Assembly: GCA_965140785.1 (NCBI GenBank)
Contig: OZ223519.1
Location: forward strand, 335,356 to 399,355
Length of the DNA stretch: 64,000 bases
DNA from: an uncultured Ruficoccus sp.
GTDB taxonomy: Bacteria > Verrucomicrobiota > Verrucomicrobiia > Opitutales > Cerasicoccaceae
Direction of reading: 5' to 3'
Shown here: positions 31,855 to 43,307 of the stretch, piece by piece
Position numbering within the stretch: the stretch's first letter is position 1
How the letters are laid out: every line of letters starts with the position of its first letter
Notes under the pieces: generated by a model
Told to the model about the DNA's origin: nothing
What the model saw: the letters and a program-made list of their open reading frames with translations, nothing else
Databases searched by the model: none
Program-made: the position numbers and the translations under genes

Positions 31855-33741
31855 TTAGTCGTCCATCTGCACGCGCAGAAAGACATTTTCGCCCGGGCTG
31901 CCTTGATAGGTGTAGATGTACGCGTCGTTGTCGCCAATGGGGCCGGCGGGTATCGCGCCGGAGACTTCAGTGTAGGGACCGCCGGGACTGCTGGCTTTCA
32001 GCAGGGTGAAGCTGGCCTCGGGGCTTTCGTGCTCGGGGTCGAAGGTGAGGGTAGTCTGGTTGCTGGTGTTGTGGGTGACCTCGGCAACGCGGAGTCGTAG
32101 CCGCCGCCAATCCTGCTTGACGTTTTTCAAATCGGTAATGGTGACCGTGCGCGTGATAATCGGGTAACCCGGTGCGGTGAAAGTCACGGTATAGCTGCCG
32201 TCGGCGGAAACGGGTACCGAGTAGCCGCCGCTGGAGGCGCTGAGGGCGTAGTAAACGCTGCCGTCCACATCGATCCGCACGCCGCCCACGCCCTCGCCGG
32301 GATCGTACACCTTGTCCCCGTCGGCATCGTCGAAGATCACGCCGGTGATGAACGCCGAGTTGCTCTGCGGGATGGCAACGTCCTGCGTCACCAGTTGCGG
32401 CCCGACGGTGTTACTGGCGTATCCGTTCGTCCAGTCCTGGCCGGTCTTGGTGCCGCTGACGATCCCGATGCCGATTTCCTTGTAGGCGGGGTTGTGGATA
32501 TTCTCCCGGTGGCCGGGCGGGTCCTGCATGCCGTCCAGGTTGTCCACGCCCTGCACGTAGTCTTCGTCTTCGGTGTCGTCATTGGCATCGTTGCCCCAGT
32601 CGATTTCAAATCCGGCGTGCCCGTGGAAGAGCGACTCGGCGTTGGCGTAAACATTTTCCCCGAGGTAAGTGTACAGATAGCCCTGGCGAACGGCCCGCAT
32701 GCCGGGGCTGTCTCCGCTCTGGTTGGGGGGCGGTGGAGTGGGGGAGCTGACGTGCTCCTGAAAGGTGTTCTCGTACATGTCCTGAGTGTGCAGGCGGGCG
32801 GAGGCGTTCAGCTTTGCGTTAAAGGACAGCGGCTGGGTGGTGGTTTCGAGGGTGGCGAACTCATCGACCATGCGGGTCAGGTTGACGCCGAAATAAGTGA
32901 TGGCGTCGAGCACATCGGGATCGGTGGTCGTGGCCAGGAGCTGGGCCTCGGCATCGGCGTCGGCGCGTGCGCGGTTGACCAGCTCCAGGCTGTACTGCTC
33001 CTCGCCGGTCGGGTCACCGATGGAGTAGGGGCGCTTGGTGAAGGACGGGCCGACCTGGATGTTGTCAAAGAACCAGCCGACCGTGTCGGTGGTGCTGGTA
33101 AAGGCATAGCCCCCCGTGTAGTCGAAGAGGAAGCGCAGCCGGATGGTTTGCCCGGCAAAGGATGACAAGTCCACCTCGCGCATTTGGAAGGTCGCGTCCG
33201 TATCGATTTGCTCTGCGGAGTTAGACTGTTCCATGGTGCCGGGCTGGTCATACACCGTGTAGGGCCAACTGATGCCGCCGTCGGTCGAGACCTGAACCTT
33301 GGCCCGCTGCTGGTCGAAGGCGCGACGTAGCCAGCTTTCGAAATACAGGTGGGTGTCGCTGCTGGCGTTGATCGGGGTGAGCAGTTGCACGCTGCCGTCT
33401 TGAAAATCGTCATTGTTCAGGTGAAACGCATAATCGCCCTCGGACGAAACGCTGTCCTGCAAGACTGTGTAGGTGGCCGAGCCGGTGTTGATGGCCACGT
33501 GCTCACTTCCGTTCTCACCATTTTCAATCAGCGTGCTGACGGCTTCCTCCGCACCGGCGGGACGGAAACCAAAGAAGGTAAAAAGGACGGGTTCTTCCTC
33601 CGAGTAACGGATAGAGGGCGCTGGCTCAGGGCGGGCTATATTCCAGGCCGGGGGCGGTGCTGCGACCGGCGCGCGGTCGGCGGTGGCGAGGGCAGCCGGT
33701 AGTGAGGCTATCAGGGGGAGAAGGATTGCTAATCTCAGCAT
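31855..33741 (-). CDS. secreted CAP (SCP) domain protein with N-terminal beta-sandwich and carboxypeptidase-regulatory-like domain
   Basis: LELVNRARAD, LGENV, PGHRENI..KEIGIG; signal peptide. Confidence 0.8.
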   Translation of the reverse strand: MLRLAILLPLIASLPAALATADRAPVAAPPPAWNIARPEPAPSIRYSEEEPVLFTFFGFRPAGAEEAVSTLIENGENGSEHVAINTGSATYTVLQDSVSSEGDYAFHLNNDDFQDGSVQLLTPINASSDTHLYFESWLRRAFDQQRAKVQVSTDGGISWPYTVYDQPGTMEQSNSAEQIDTDATFQMREVDLSSFAGQTIRLRFLFDYTGGYAFTSTTDTVGWFFDNIQVGPSFTKRPYSIGDPTGEEQYSLELVNRARADADAEAQLLATTTDPDVLDAITYFGVNLTRMVDEFATLETTTQPLSFNAKLNASARLHTQDMYENTFQEHVSSPTPPPPNQSGDSPGMRAVRQGYLYTYLGENVYANAESLFHGHAGFEIDWGNDANDDTEDEDYVQGVDNLDGMQDPPGHRENIHNPAYKEIGIGIVSGTKTGQDWTNGYASNTVGPQLVTQDVAIPQSNSAFITGVIFDDADGDKVYDPGEGVGGVRIDVDGSVYYALSASSGGYSVPVSADGSYTVTFTAPGYPIITRTVTITDLKNVKQDWRRLRLRVAEVTHNTSNQTTLTFDPEHESPEASFTLLKASSPGGPYTEVSGAIPAGPIGDNDAYIYTYQGSPGENVFLRVQMDD

Positions 33742-33867
33742 AAGTGTAACTTTCTTTGCCTAGCGGGGTTTGGGTTCAGGTGCAAGCCCGCGCTCCCGGC
33801 GCTTGACGAAACTTTTACCGCTTTTGAGGTTTTCCCTTTTGAACAGAAATCATTATTAACTGTCTCC

Positions 33868-35544
33868 ATGCCCATGATCCGATTGACCCCTCTCTTCTGC
33901 GCCGCGCTGGCGGCTCCGTTCGTTCTCTCCGCCGCCGAGGAGCGCATCCTCGATGCCCACCTGACCGAGGCGACCGTTTTCGCCGACCGGGCCGAATTGG
34001 TCCGCGAGGCCCAGCTCGACCTCGACGCCGGGACGCACACGCTGCTTTTTGCCGACCTGCCCAGCCGCACCGACGGCAGCAGCCTGCAGGTGAACGGCAC
34101 CGGCGGTTTCACTTTGCAGGATGTGCGCTTTGAGACGCGCCAGTTGACCGACCTGCCCGAAGGTCGCCTCAAGGAGCTCACCGCCGAACTCGAAAAATAT
34201 CAGGAGCAGGCCAAGGCCCTGCAGATGACGACCGAGCGCCTCTCGGACCGCCGTACCGCCCTAAACGCTATCCTCAACCGCGTCACCACCGTACCCAAGG
34301 ACGGGAGCGAGCCTCCGCCCATGGACGCCGTGCAGTGGACCGAACTGCTGACTTTTTATAACACCCAGTTGGAAAAAATCGATCAGTCCGAGTTGGAGAA
34401 CGACGCCAAGGTGAAGGACGTTAACGAGCAGATCACCCGTGTGCAGCGCGAGATCTCCCAGCTCAACGCCAGCGCCCGCAAGCAGAGCAACACGGCCAAG
34501 GTCGTCATCTCGCTTGATGCGCCCGCCAGCGTCACCATCGACTTGACGAGCATTGTATATGGCCCGCGCTGGAGCCCCAGCTACGACATCCGCGCCAACA
34601 CCGCCGGTAAGCAGGTCACCGTCGCCAGCTACGGCAGCATCACCCAGAACACCGGCGAGGACTGGACCGACGTTAAACTCAGCCTCTCCACCGCCCAGCC
34701 GCAGATCGGCGGACGCGAGCCCGAGCTGCACCCGTGGTTCGTGCAGGAGTTTAAGCCGCGGCCGATGGTGGGCGGAGAGATCAAGGCCAGCTATGCCTAT
34801 GAGTCCGCTCCGCAGAATAACCGCATGCGCCAGATGATGGAGTCCGACCAAGCCGTAACAAGCGAACTGGCGGCTGCCTCCCCGATGGTGGTGCAGGACG
34901 CGACCGTGGAGAGCGGCGCGACCGCCGTGGTGTATCAGATTCCCAATACAGCCTCCATCCCGAGCGACAACCAGCCGGTGCGTGTGGCCATCACCACGCA
35001 GACCTTCCCGGGGCAGTTCCGCTACTCGGCGGTGCCGAAGCTCTCCCCGCACGTTTACTTGAAGACCAAGGTGACCAACACCAGCGAGTACGCCTTCCTG
35101 CCCGGCCCGAGCAATATCTACCTCGACGGTAGCTTCGTCGGCAAGGCGCCGGTGGACCTGGTGCCCCCGGGCAAGGAATTCTGGACCTGGCTCGGCATCG
35201 ACCAGGGCGTCAAGGTCGAGCGCAAGCTCCTCGACCGCAAGGAGGGCGAGGCCGGGTTCTTCGGCGGTAACAAGAGCCTGACCTACCGCTACGAGTTCGA
35301 GATCAAGAACGACAAGCAGATGCCGATCGAGCTCGTCGTGTGGGACCAGATCCCGATCTCCCAGAACGACGACATCCAGGTCGAGCTGATCAAACCCGAC
35401 TACAGCAAGGACACGCCCACGCTCAAGATGAACTCCCAGAAGTACATCGAGTGGCTCTACACCCTCAACCCCGGCCAGGAGGTCAAGACGCCCTTCGAGT
35501 TCAAGGTCACCTGGCCCGAGGACATGCAGGTCAGCGGGTTGTAA
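33868..35544 (+). CDS. DUF4140/DUF4139 (MuiA-like) protein
   Basis: TVFADRAELVR, W.PSYDIR, QNTGEDW..V.LSLST, DQIPIS. Confidence 0.88.
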   Translation: MPMIRLTPLFCAALAAPFVLSAAEERILDAHLTEATVFADRAELVREAQLDLDAGTHTLLFADLPSRTDGSSLQVNGTGGFTLQDVRFETRQLTDLPEGRLKELTAELEKYQEQAKALQMTTERLSDRRTALNAILNRVTTVPKDGSEPPPMDAVQWTELLTFYNTQLEKIDQSELENDAKVKDVNEQITRVQREISQLNASARKQSNTAKVVISLDAPASVTIDLTSIVYGPRWSPSYDIRANTAGKQVTVASYGSITQNTGEDWTDVKLSLSTAQPQIGGREPELHPWFVQEFKPRPMVGGEIKASYAYESAPQNNRMRQMMESDQAVTSELAAASPMVVQDATVESGATAVVYQIPNTASIPSDNQPVRVAITTQTFPGQFRYSAVPKLSPHVYLKTKVTNTSEYAFLPGPSNIYLDGSFVGKAPVDLVPPGKEFWTWLGIDQGVKVERKLLDRKEGEAGFFGGNKSLTYRYEFEIKNDKQMPIELVVWDQIPISQNDDIQVELIKPDYSKDTPTLKMNSQKYIEWLYTLNPGQEVKTPFEFKVTWPEDMQVSGL

Positions 35545-35588
35545 GTCCGCCGTTCGCCGTAGCGGCTTTGACTCCCACCGTTTCTTTC

Positions 35589-35620
35589 AGCCGTCCGGAT
35601 CACTCCGGGCGGCTTTTTTT
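35589..35620 (+). terminator. rho-independent terminator
   Basis: AGCCGTCCGGA..TCCGGGCGGCT followed by a T-run. Confidence 0.8.
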
Positions 35621-35764
35621 ATCTTACACGGAACCTTTCTCGTCGGTTGCGGACGAAGTTTCCCGGTAGACTACTTATTGAAATTCAGTCTCATATTAAT
35701 AGATCGGGATGCGTTGATAATTTAACTTGCCAGCGGGAAACGGACGTGATGTTCTGGTCGGCTT

Positions 35765-36952
35765 ATGAACAAAAGTTTCATCTTCTCCTCTGAATCGGTG
35801 GGCGAAGGCCACCCGGACAAAGTCGCCGACTATATCTCTGACAGCATCCTGGACGCCTGCCTCAAGGACGACCCCAAGAGCCGCGTCGCCTGCGAGACCC
35901 TGGTCAAGAGCAACTGCGTCTTCGTCGCCGGGGAAATCACCACCCAGTCCAAGTTCAACTACGAGGACGTGGTCCGCGAAGCCATCCGTGACATCGGTTA
36001 CATCGATGCGCAGGACGACGCCGTCTTCCACGCCGACGAGGTTTTCATTTCCAACTGCCTGACCACCCAGTCCCCCGACATCAAGCAGGGTGTGGACGCT
36101 GCCGCCGCCGAAGGTAAGGACAGCGCCGAGCAGGGTGCCGGTGACCAGGGGATCATGTTTGGCTACGCCTGCAACCAGACGCCCGAGCTGATGCCCGCCC
36201 CGATCATGTACGCGCACCGCCTGCTGCGCGAGATGGCCCGCCAGCGCAAGGATGTCGGCATCGAGTGGTTGCGCCCGGACGTGAAGAGCCAGGTCGCCGT
36301 CGAGTACGTCGATGGCCAGATCAAGGACATCCGCAACGTTGTCATCTCCACCCAGCACACCGAGGACGTCAAGCACAGCACGATCCGCGATTTCTGCATC
36401 GAGGAGGTCATCCGCAAGGTGCTTCCCGCCGAGCTCCTGACCGACGAAACGGAATTTCTGATCAACCCGACCGGTAAGTTTGTCGTGGGTGGCCCGCAGG
36501 GCGACGCCGGCCTGACCGGGCGCAAGATCATCGTGGACACCTACGGCGGCTGGGCACGTCATGGCGGTGGCGCCTTCTCCGGTAAGGACCCGTCCAAGGT
36601 GGACCGCTCTGCCGCGTACTTCTGCCGCTGGGTGGCCAAGAACATCGTTGCCGCCGGTCTGGCCGAGGAGTGCGAGCTTCAGGTCGCCTACGCCATCGGC
36701 TACCCGCGTCCGACCAGCGTCCACGTGGACACCTTCGGCACGGCCAAGGACGGCCTCTCTGACGCGGAGATTTCCGCCGCCGCCCAGAAGGTCTTCTCCT
36801 TCAAGCCCGCCGACATCGTTGGTCAGCTCGACCTGCTGCGCCCGATTTACCGCGCCTCCACTCACTACGGTCACTTTGCCAAGGCGGACCTGCCCTGGGA
36901 AAGCACGGCCAAGGCCGAGGAACTCAAGGCCGCCGTCTGCGCGACCGCTTAA
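35765..36952 (+). CDS. metK: S-adenosylmethionine synthetase
   Basis: [33 protein letters not shown]. Confidence 0.98.
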   Translation: MNKSFIFSSESVGEGHPDKVADYISDSILDACLKDDPKSRVACETLVKSNCVFVAGEITTQSKFNYEDVVREAIRDIGYIDAQDDAVFHADEVFISNCLTTQSPDIKQGVDAAAAEGKDSAEQGAGDQGIMFGYACNQTPELMPAPIMYAHRLLREMARQRKDVGIEWLRPDVKSQVAVEYVDGQIKDIRNVVISTQHTEDVKHSTIRDFCIEEVIRKVLPAELLTDETEFLINPTGKFVVGGPQGDAGLTGRKIIVDTYGGWARHGGGAFSGKDPSKVDRSAAYFCRWVAKNIVAAGLAEECELQVAYAIGYPRPTSVHVDTFGTAKDGLSDAEISAAAQKVFSFKPADIVGQLDLLRPIYRASTHYGHFAKADLPWESTAKAEELKAAVCATA

Positions 36953-36988
36953 TTCCATCCAATCCAGAACCAGAAAATTATTTACTTC

Positions 36989-38428
36989 ATGTCTACAGAC
37001 ACGATTACCAAAGAAGACTACAAAGTTAAGGACATCTCGCTGGCCGACTTCGGCCGCAAGGAAGTCGAGATCGCCCAGTTTGAAATGCCCGGCCTCATGG
37101 CCACCCGCGATAAGTATGCCGGTGAAAAGCCCCTCGCGGGCGTCCGCATCATGGGCTCGCTGCACATGACGATCCAGACCGCCGTGCTGATCGAGACCCT
37201 TCAAGCTCTCGGTGCCGACGTGCGCTGGTGCTCCTGCAACATCTTCTCCACCCAGGACCATGCCGCCGCCTATGTGGCCAAGAACCTGGACATCCCGGTC
37301 TTCGCCTGGAAGGGCGAAACGCTCGAGGAGTACTGGTGGTGCACCTACCAGGCCCTGACCTGGCCGGACGGCAAGGGCCCGCAGCTCATCGTGGACGACG
37401 GTGGCGACGCCACCCTGCTCATCCACAAGGGCTACGAACTCGAAAACGGCAGCGACTGGGTGAACTCCGAGTCCTCCAGCCACGAAGAGTCCGTCATCAA
37501 GGACCTGCTCAGGAAGGTCAAGAGCGAGTCGCCGACCCGCTGGCACGACGTCGTTGAGGACTGGAAGGGCGTTTCCGAGGAGACCACCACCGGTGTTCAC
37601 CGCCTGTACGAGATGCAGAAGAAGGGCTCGCTCCTGGTCGCCGCCATCAACGTCAACGACTCCGTCACCAAGTCCAAGTTTGACAACCTTTACGGCTGCC
37701 GCGAATCCCTCATCGACGGCATCAAGCGCGCCACCGACGTCATGATCTCCGGTAAGGTCGGGGTCGTCTGCGGCTACGGCGATGTCGGCAAGGGCTGCGC
37801 CCAGGCCCTCAAGGCCCAGGGTGCCAACGTGGTTGTGACCGAAGTGGACCCGATCTGCGCCTTGCAGGCCGCCATGGAAGGCTTCCGCGTGCTGACCGTC
37901 GAGGACACCCTCGGCTTCGGCGACATTTACGTCACCACCACCGGCAACAAGGACATCATCACGGCCGACCACATGGCCAAGATGAAGGACCAGGCCATCG
38001 TCTGTAACATCGGCCACTTCGACAACGAGATCCAGGTCGATAAGCTCGAAAAATACGACGGCGTCGAGATCGAGCAGATCAAGCCCGACAACCAGGGCGC
38101 GGTGGACAAGTACACCTTCGCCGACGGCCACAGCGTTTACCTGCTGGCCAAGGGCCGTCTGGTCAACCTCGGCTGCGCCACCGGCCATCCCTCGTTTGTG
38201 ATGTCCAACAGCTTCACCAACCAGGTCCTGGCCCAGATCGAACTGTGGAAGCAGAAGGACAGCTACAAGCCCGGCGTTTACATCCTGCCCAAGCACCTCG
38301 ACGAGGAAGTCGCCCGCCTGCACCTGCAAAAGATCGGCTGCAAGCTGACCAAGCTCTCGCAGGAACAGGCCGACTACATCGGCGTGCCGGTCGAAGGCCC
38401 CTTCAAGTCCGACCACTACCGCTACTAA
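36989..38428 (+). CDS. ahcY: adenosylhomocysteinase
   Basis: [38 protein letters not shown]. Confidence 0.98.
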   Translation: MSTDTITKEDYKVKDISLADFGRKEVEIAQFEMPGLMATRDKYAGEKPLAGVRIMGSLHMTIQTAVLIETLQALGADVRWCSCNIFSTQDHAAAYVAKNLDIPVFAWKGETLEEYWWCTYQALTWPDGKGPQLIVDDGGDATLLIHKGYELENGSDWVNSESSSHEESVIKDLLRKVKSESPTRWHDVVEDWKGVSEETTTGVHRLYEMQKKGSLLVAAINVNDSVTKSKFDNLYGCRESLIDGIKRATDVMISGKVGVVCGYGDVGKGCAQALKAQGANVVVTEVDPICALQAAMEGFRVLTVEDTLGFGDIYVTTTGNKDIITADHMAKMKDQAIVCNIGHFDNEIQVDKLEKYDGVEIEQIKPDNQGAVDKYTFADGHSVYLLAKGRLVNLGCATGHPSFVMSNSFTNQVLAQIELWKQKDSYKPGVYILPKHLDEEVARLHLQKIGCKLTKLSQEQADYIGVPVEGPFKSDHYRY

Positions 38429-38510
38429 GCGGGTTGCACCCGCTGGCAATGATGGGGCTTAGCCCCATCGCTCCCTGCGGTCGCTGCCCCTTTGTGGTTA
38501 CCATTTATCC

Positions 38511-38541
38511 AAGCGCGCTCCGGATGGGGCGCGCTTTTTTT
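38511..38541 (+). terminator. rho-independent terminator after ahcY
   Basis: AAGCGCGCTCC..GGGGCGCGCTT followed by a T-run. Confidence 0.8.
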
Positions 38542-38693
38542 GTGCCGCTTGAGAACGGGTTTGAACGGTCCGGTAGGGAGGGGAGTGTGTCACCGTTTTT
38601 CTGGGCGTGGGGGGGAATTCGGCATTGTCCTGACCGGTGAAGGTTTCATGCTGAGAGGCTTTGCCCGCTAAGGCATTATCAGAGCTGAATACC

Positions 38694-39647
38694 ATGAAGA
38701 TTCCCCACGATTTCGAGTTCGATCCGACCTACGGCTACACGCTGGAGCAGTTGCTGGCGGTTCGCGCCCCGGCGGCGCCGACTGATTTCCGGGCGTTCTG
38801 GAGCGAGACCTGCCGTTTGGCCTTAGCGCCTGCCCTCAATCTGGAAAAGCGTCAGGTGCCCTGCCCGAAGCGTGGCTGGAAACTCTATGAGCTGGAGTAC
38901 GATTCCTGGGAAGGGGTGCGGATCGGCGCGTGGATGCTGGAGCCGGAGTCCGGCCCGGTGCGCCGGGCCATGGTGCATGGGCACGGCTACGGCGGGCGAC
39001 AGGAACCCGACTATGCCTGGCTGCTGGAAGAGACAGTGACGATTTTTCCCTGTGCCCGCGGATTCGATCGCTCGGCCCACGCGACGATCCCCGGCGAGGC
39101 CGACTCGCATGTGCGGCACGGGATTACCAGTCGGGAGAGCTATGTGCACCGCGGGTGTGTCGTCGATTATGCGCGGGCGGCTTCGGTGTTGCTGGAGCTG
39201 TTTCCGCAAACCTGCGATCGGCTCTTTTATCATGGCGGCAGTTTCGGGGGCGGTATCGGAGCGCTCCTGCTGGCCATGGACCGGCGTTTCAAGCGCGGGT
39301 ATTTGAACATCCCGAGCTTTGGCAACCACCCGCTGCGCGTCACCCTGCCGTGCGTGGGCAGCGGCGAGTCCGTGCGCGGCTATTACCGGGAGGGCCACCC
39401 CGAGGTGCTGGACGTGCTGGCTTATTACGACGCCGCGGTTGCCGCCGGGTTTATCGAGATCCCTGTCTTTGTGGCGGCGGCGACCTTCGACCCGGCGGTG
39501 CCGCCGCCGGGGCAGTTCGCCGTCTATAACATGCTCCCCGATCCCAAAGCGCTCTTCCTTCGCCAGGCGGCGCATTTCGAACTGGAGGGCAACGCCCACG
39601 ACGACCTCTGCATCCGCACGCGGCTGCGGCGCTGGTTCGCGGATTAA
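38694..39647 (+). CDS. acetylxylan esterase / cephalosporin-C deacetylase (CE7-like)
   Basis: DFRAFW, HGYGG, GGSFGGG, DPAVPP, H. Confidence 0.82.
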   Translation: MKIPHDFEFDPTYGYTLEQLLAVRAPAAPTDFRAFWSETCRLALAPALNLEKRQVPCPKRGWKLYELEYDSWEGVRIGAWMLEPESGPVRRAMVHGHGYGGRQEPDYAWLLEETVTIFPCARGFDRSAHATIPGEADSHVRHGITSRESYVHRGCVVDYARAASVLLELFPQTCDRLFYHGGSFGGGIGALLLAMDRRFKRGYLNIPSFGNHPLRVTLPCVGSGESVRGYYREGHPEVLDVLAYYDAAVAAGFIEIPVFVAAATFDPAVPPPGQFAVYNMLPDPKALFLRQAAHFELEGNAHDDLCIRTRLRRWFAD

Positions 39648-39763
39648 GCGTTGAACGGGGCGGGCGATTGCTCCGTTGCGGGCTTTTAGGGTTTTTTTGA
39701 AAAAGCTGCTCTGGCTTGCCCGAGGGGATATTTTACGTTAAGGTCAAAAAACTTTCTCACGCT

Positions 39764-40417
39764 ATGGAAAACAGTGCAGACACCTGTATCCAACCGATGG
39801 ATACCTTTACCGCGATTCGCGAACGCCGCTCGGTCAAGCAGTACGACCCCGAGTTTGTCATCCCGCAGGAGCACCTGGACCAGCTGTTGGAGCTGGCCGT
39901 GCTTTCGCCGACGTCTTTCAACATCCAGAACTGGCGGTTCCTCGTGGTGCGCGACCAGGAAATAAAGAACCAGATGTGCGCGGCAGCCTGGAACCAGGCG
40001 CAGGTCAAGGACGCCTCCGCCGTCATCCTGGTCTGTGCGGACCTCAACGCCTGGGGGAACCAGGCCGAGCGTTACTGGGCCACCGCCCCCGAGGAAACGC
40101 GCAACATGCTCGTGGGGATGATCAGTAAATTTTACTCGGCCAGCACCCAGCTCCAGCGGGATGAGGCGTTGCGTTCGGTCGGAATGGCCGGGCAGACAAT
40201 CATGCTCGCGGCCAAGGCCATGGGCTACGACACCTGCCCGATGATCGGTTTCGATATGGATGCCGTGTCCGGTCTGGTCAAGTTGCCCGAGGATCACCTC
40301 ATCGGCATGATGATCACGGTCGGAAAGGCCCTCAACCCGGCCCGCCCCCGTGGCGGCCAGCTCCCGCTCAGCGAACTGGTCCACGAGGATACATTTACAG
40401 CTTCAATCATACACTAA
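39764..40417 (+). CDS. nitroreductase family protein
   Basis: RRSVKQY, SPTSFNIQNWRF, TCPMIGFD; start could be 39797. Confidence 0.9.
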   Translation: MENSADTCIQPMDTFTAIRERRSVKQYDPEFVIPQEHLDQLLELAVLSPTSFNIQNWRFLVVRDQEIKNQMCAAAWNQAQVKDASAVILVCADLNAWGNQAERYWATAPEETRNMLVGMISKFYSASTQLQRDEALRSVGMAGQTIMLAAKAMGYDTCPMIGFDMDAVSGLVKLPEDHLIGMMITVGKALNPARPRGGQLPLSELVHEDTFTASIIH

Positions 40418-40467
40418 ATTCTGATTTTTATCACGGCAATGATGATGCTGTAACAACCGATGAGGTG

Positions 40468-41040
40468 ATGAAAACTGTAAAGAATGGGGAAGCTCTTCCA
40501 TCTCCTGTTGATAATCAGGCTCAGGATAATTCGTCAAATGGAGAAACCGTAAATACGGTTAACAATGACAAGAAAAATGCGGAAAAACATGAGGTTCCAA
40601 TCAAAAATCCGATAAGAAAGAATAGATTACTATTTCTTTCTTTTTTACTGGTAATTGCTGCGCATGCTGTGTGTGCATCCAGTGGGGATGATATGTCTTA
40701 TAATGATATGAATGTAAAACTAAGCCTTTCTAAGATCGCTGGTCTTATTTTTGATTTCAGAAGCAAAAAAGATAGGCTACCTTATGATCTAGATGAATTA
40801 AGAGATATTCATAAAGACGTTGGAAGATTGTTTACTGATCCTTGGGGTAACGAATTTATTTATAATATTTATAAAATAAAGGGGTATGATTATTTTACGC
40901 TAGAATCAAAAGGCGCGGATGGATTACTGGATTCTGATGATGATTGCGTGTATTATCCTGGAGTCCGATGGAAATGTGGAATGTATACGATAGAAGACGC
41001 TGAAAATGATGGGATTATTCCATCTCGTAAATGTGAATGA
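40468..41040 (+). CDS. low-GC hypothetical protein with a GspG-like C-terminal motif; start uncertain
   Basis: DPWGNEFIY..LESKGADG..DD motif; hydrophobic segment mid-ORF; AT-rich. Confidence 0.5.
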   Translation: MKTVKNGEALPSPVDNQAQDNSSNGETVNTVNNDKKNAEKHEVPIKNPIRKNRLLFLSFLLVIAAHAVCASSGDDMSYNDMNVKLSLSKIAGLIFDFRSKKDRLPYDLDELRDIHKDVGRLFTDPWGNEFIYNIYKIKGYDYFTLESKGADGLLDSDDDCVYYPGVRWKCGMYTIEDAENDGIIPSRKCE

Positions 41041-41173
41041 ACACCGACGGCAGAACCTAGCACGCGCGGTGCCATGTTTTAAAAGCGAGCTCAGCTCCTC
41101 GGCCCAATACAACAAACTGAAAGGGGTCAGGCCAATAATTTGGTAGAGTATTGCAGTCCTGTTTGGACCCCTC

Positions 41174-41209
41174 AAAAGCAAGCCCCAAGACGGGGCTTGC
41201 TTTTTTTTT
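41174..41209. terminator. rho-independent terminator
   Basis: AAAAGCAAGCCCC-AAGAC-GGGGCTTGCTTTTTTTTT. Confidence 0.8.
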
Positions 41210-41306
41210 GCTTATTAAACTTATTAGGTCGGGGGTAGGAGGTTTGCCTTGCCTTAGGGGTGGGGTAAGCACCTTGTTATTTGCCAATGGGTTCCGTTAG
41301 TTTCCT

Positions 41307-43307
41307 ATGAAAACCTTGCTAATCGTTCTCGTCCTGTATTCTGGAATGTCTGCTACGTTGTTCTCGCAGGCAAACGCCGCGGAGTCTGACCCGACTGCCG
41401 TGGATCAACCCGGCCCCAATAAGCATTCCGACGCCTACAAGCGGGCGCACATGCATGCGCAGGACTATGTGGACCAGAAGCTCGATGCGCGAAAACTGCT
41501 CGACCACATGTCGAACTTTGCCTCGGATACCCGCAGCCCGCGAGATACGCTGGAAAGCTTCTTTTACCTCATCGATAGCTACTACACGCTGATCAACGCC
41601 GACGGAGTGACGTGGGGTAACCAGGATGACCTCGATAACATTGCGCTCGAGTTGGCCGACCTTTTTGACATGGATAACGTCCCGGTCAACTTCCAGGCCG
41701 ACGCGGCCATCGAGGCTTCGGTTTACATGGCGGAGTATCTCTCACGTCGTGAGATGCCTCCGCTCAATGAGATTCCCGATGAAGATGAAATGGCCGCAGC
41801 CATCAAAGCCGGAGAGCTTCCTGTCTACCGGATACCGGGGACGCCGATCGAGATCAGCCGGGTCAACCACGGCGACCTGGAGGGGCACTACCTGTTCGTC
41901 AACACCATGCTCACCGATGCCAAGAGCCTGTACGACCAAGCGGAGAATTATCCGTACCTCAGCGATCAGTTTCAGGGGTTTTACGAGCTATACTTCCTCA
42001 CGCCGGGGCCGATGATCCCGGCCGGGTATATCCGTGGCCTGCCAAAATGGATGACGATCGATATCTACGAGCAGACCATCTGGCAGTGGATGTTTACTTT
42101 GCTGGGCTTTGCCACCCTTATCGGTGTGGTTTATGGGCTGGGCCGCCTGATCAAGTGCTTGAGTCGCAACTGGCGGCCGCTGGCTGTTAACACCGCTCAT
42201 CTTTCGCTGCCGATTGTGACGATCTTTATGACCAAGGCGCTCATCTACATGCTGGATCAGCAGATTTACCTGACCGGCGAGGCCTGGAAGTTTATCATCA
42301 TGATTGCCGATATCATCGTCCTGCTGAGCATGATCTCCATCATCATCGTGTTGGGCAGTATCGCGGCTTCCGCTATTGAGTCGTCTCAGAACCTGAAGAA
42401 TCGCCGTATCGACCAGTACCTGATCCGCTTGGGCATTCGCATTTTAAGCATCATTATCGCCATCGGGGTAATGGTGCAAGGGTTGCAAAAACTGGGCTTC
42501 TCTGGGGCGACGCTACTGGCCGGTGCCAGTGTCTCCGGCCTGGCGGTGGCGTTGGCTGCTCAGAGCACGCTCAAGAACGTCCTGGGCAGCATTATGCTCG
42601 TGCTCGACAAGCCTTTCGTCATCGGCAACCGCGTCAAGATCAAGAACTTTGATGGGGTGGTGGAGGAGATCGGTCTGCGTTCGACGCGTCTGCGCACGCT
42701 TGATGGCCACATGGTTTCCATTCCTAATGACGAGCTCTCCTGTACCGATATTGAGAACGTCAGTAGCCGCCCGTACATCAAGCGCGTCTTCAACGTCTCT
42801 CTGACCTACGGCACGCCGCCGGAGAAAATCCACGAGGCGATGAGGATCGTGGAGGATATCCTGTCGCAGCCTGCGGAAAAAGTTGAGGATGTGCCTGAGT
42901 CTGCGCCCGTGGCGACCGAAACGAAGCCGGATACGAACGCTGTTGAGGAAGAGGAGCAGCCGCTGGATGCAACCACTACACCCGTCGAGGGTGAATTGCC
43001 CCCGGAGGATCCCCAAGGCACGCGACCCAGTAACGAGCCGATTCACAATCCGGATTTTCCTCCTCGTGTGTTCTTCAACGAGCTCATGGCCGACTCGCTC
43101 AACCTCATTGTCATGTACTGGTACTTTCCGGCTGAGTATTGGGATTACCTCGCGCATGCGACCTGGGTTAATTCCGAGCTCGTGCGTCGTTTTAATGAGG
43201 CGGGCATCGACTTTGCCTTCCCGACTCAGACCGTGATGCTGGAGAACGTCACGGGGCAACCTTCTGGCGAAACACCCGAACCTCCGGCCCAACCCGAGCT
43301 TGCCTAG
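41307..43307 (+). CDS. MscS family mechanosensitive channel with periplasmic N-domain
   Basis: GLAVALAAQSTLKN, DKPFVIG, GVVEEIGLRST, GIDFAFPTQT. Confidence 0.92.
   Translation: MKTLLIVLVLYSGMSATLFSQANAAESDPTAVDQPGPNKHSDAYKRAHMHAQDYVDQKLDARKLLDHMSNFASDTRSPRDTLESFFYLIDSYYTLINADGVTWGNQDDLDNIALELADLFDMDNVPVNFQADAAIEASVYMAEYLSRREMPPLNEIPDEDEMAAAIKAGELPVYRIPGTPIEISRVNHGDLEGHYLFVNTMLTDAKSLYDQAENYPYLSDQFQGFYELYFLTPGPMIPAGYIRGLPKWMTIDIYEQTIWQWMFTLLGFATLIGVVYGLGRLIKCLSRNWRPLAVNTAHLSLPIVTIFMTKALIYMLDQQIYLTGEAWKFIIMIADIIVLLSMISIIIVLGSIAASAIESSQNLKNRRIDQYLIRLGIRILSIIIAIGVMVQGLQKLGFSGATLLAGASVSGLAVALAAQSTLKNVLGSIMLVLDKPFVIGNRVKIKNFDGVVEEIGLRSTRLRTLDGHMVSIPNDELSCTDIENVSSRPYIKRVFNVSLTYGTPPEKIHEAMRIVEDILSQPAEKVEDVPESAPVATETKPDTNAVEEEEQPLDATTTPVEGELPPEDPQGTRPSNEPIHNPDFPPRVFFNELMADSLNLIVMYWYFPAEYWDYLAHATWVNSELVRRFNEAGIDFAFPTQTVMLENVTGQPSGETPEPPAQPELA

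Noticed and set aside
35621..35764. SAM or SAH riboswitch upstream of metK-ahcY
   Set aside because: No recognisable conserved core, and a promoter-like TTGCCA lies too close to the start codon
35696..38449. 917-aa minus-strand ORF and other long antisense ORFs (e.g. 111-1424, 19448-20749)
   Set aside because: Shadows of metK/ahcY and other genes caused by high-GC codon bias; no recognisable motifs
41050..41160. attC after the low-GC ORF at 40468-41040
   Set aside because: GCAGAAC is present but there is no matching GTT end with paired L boxes
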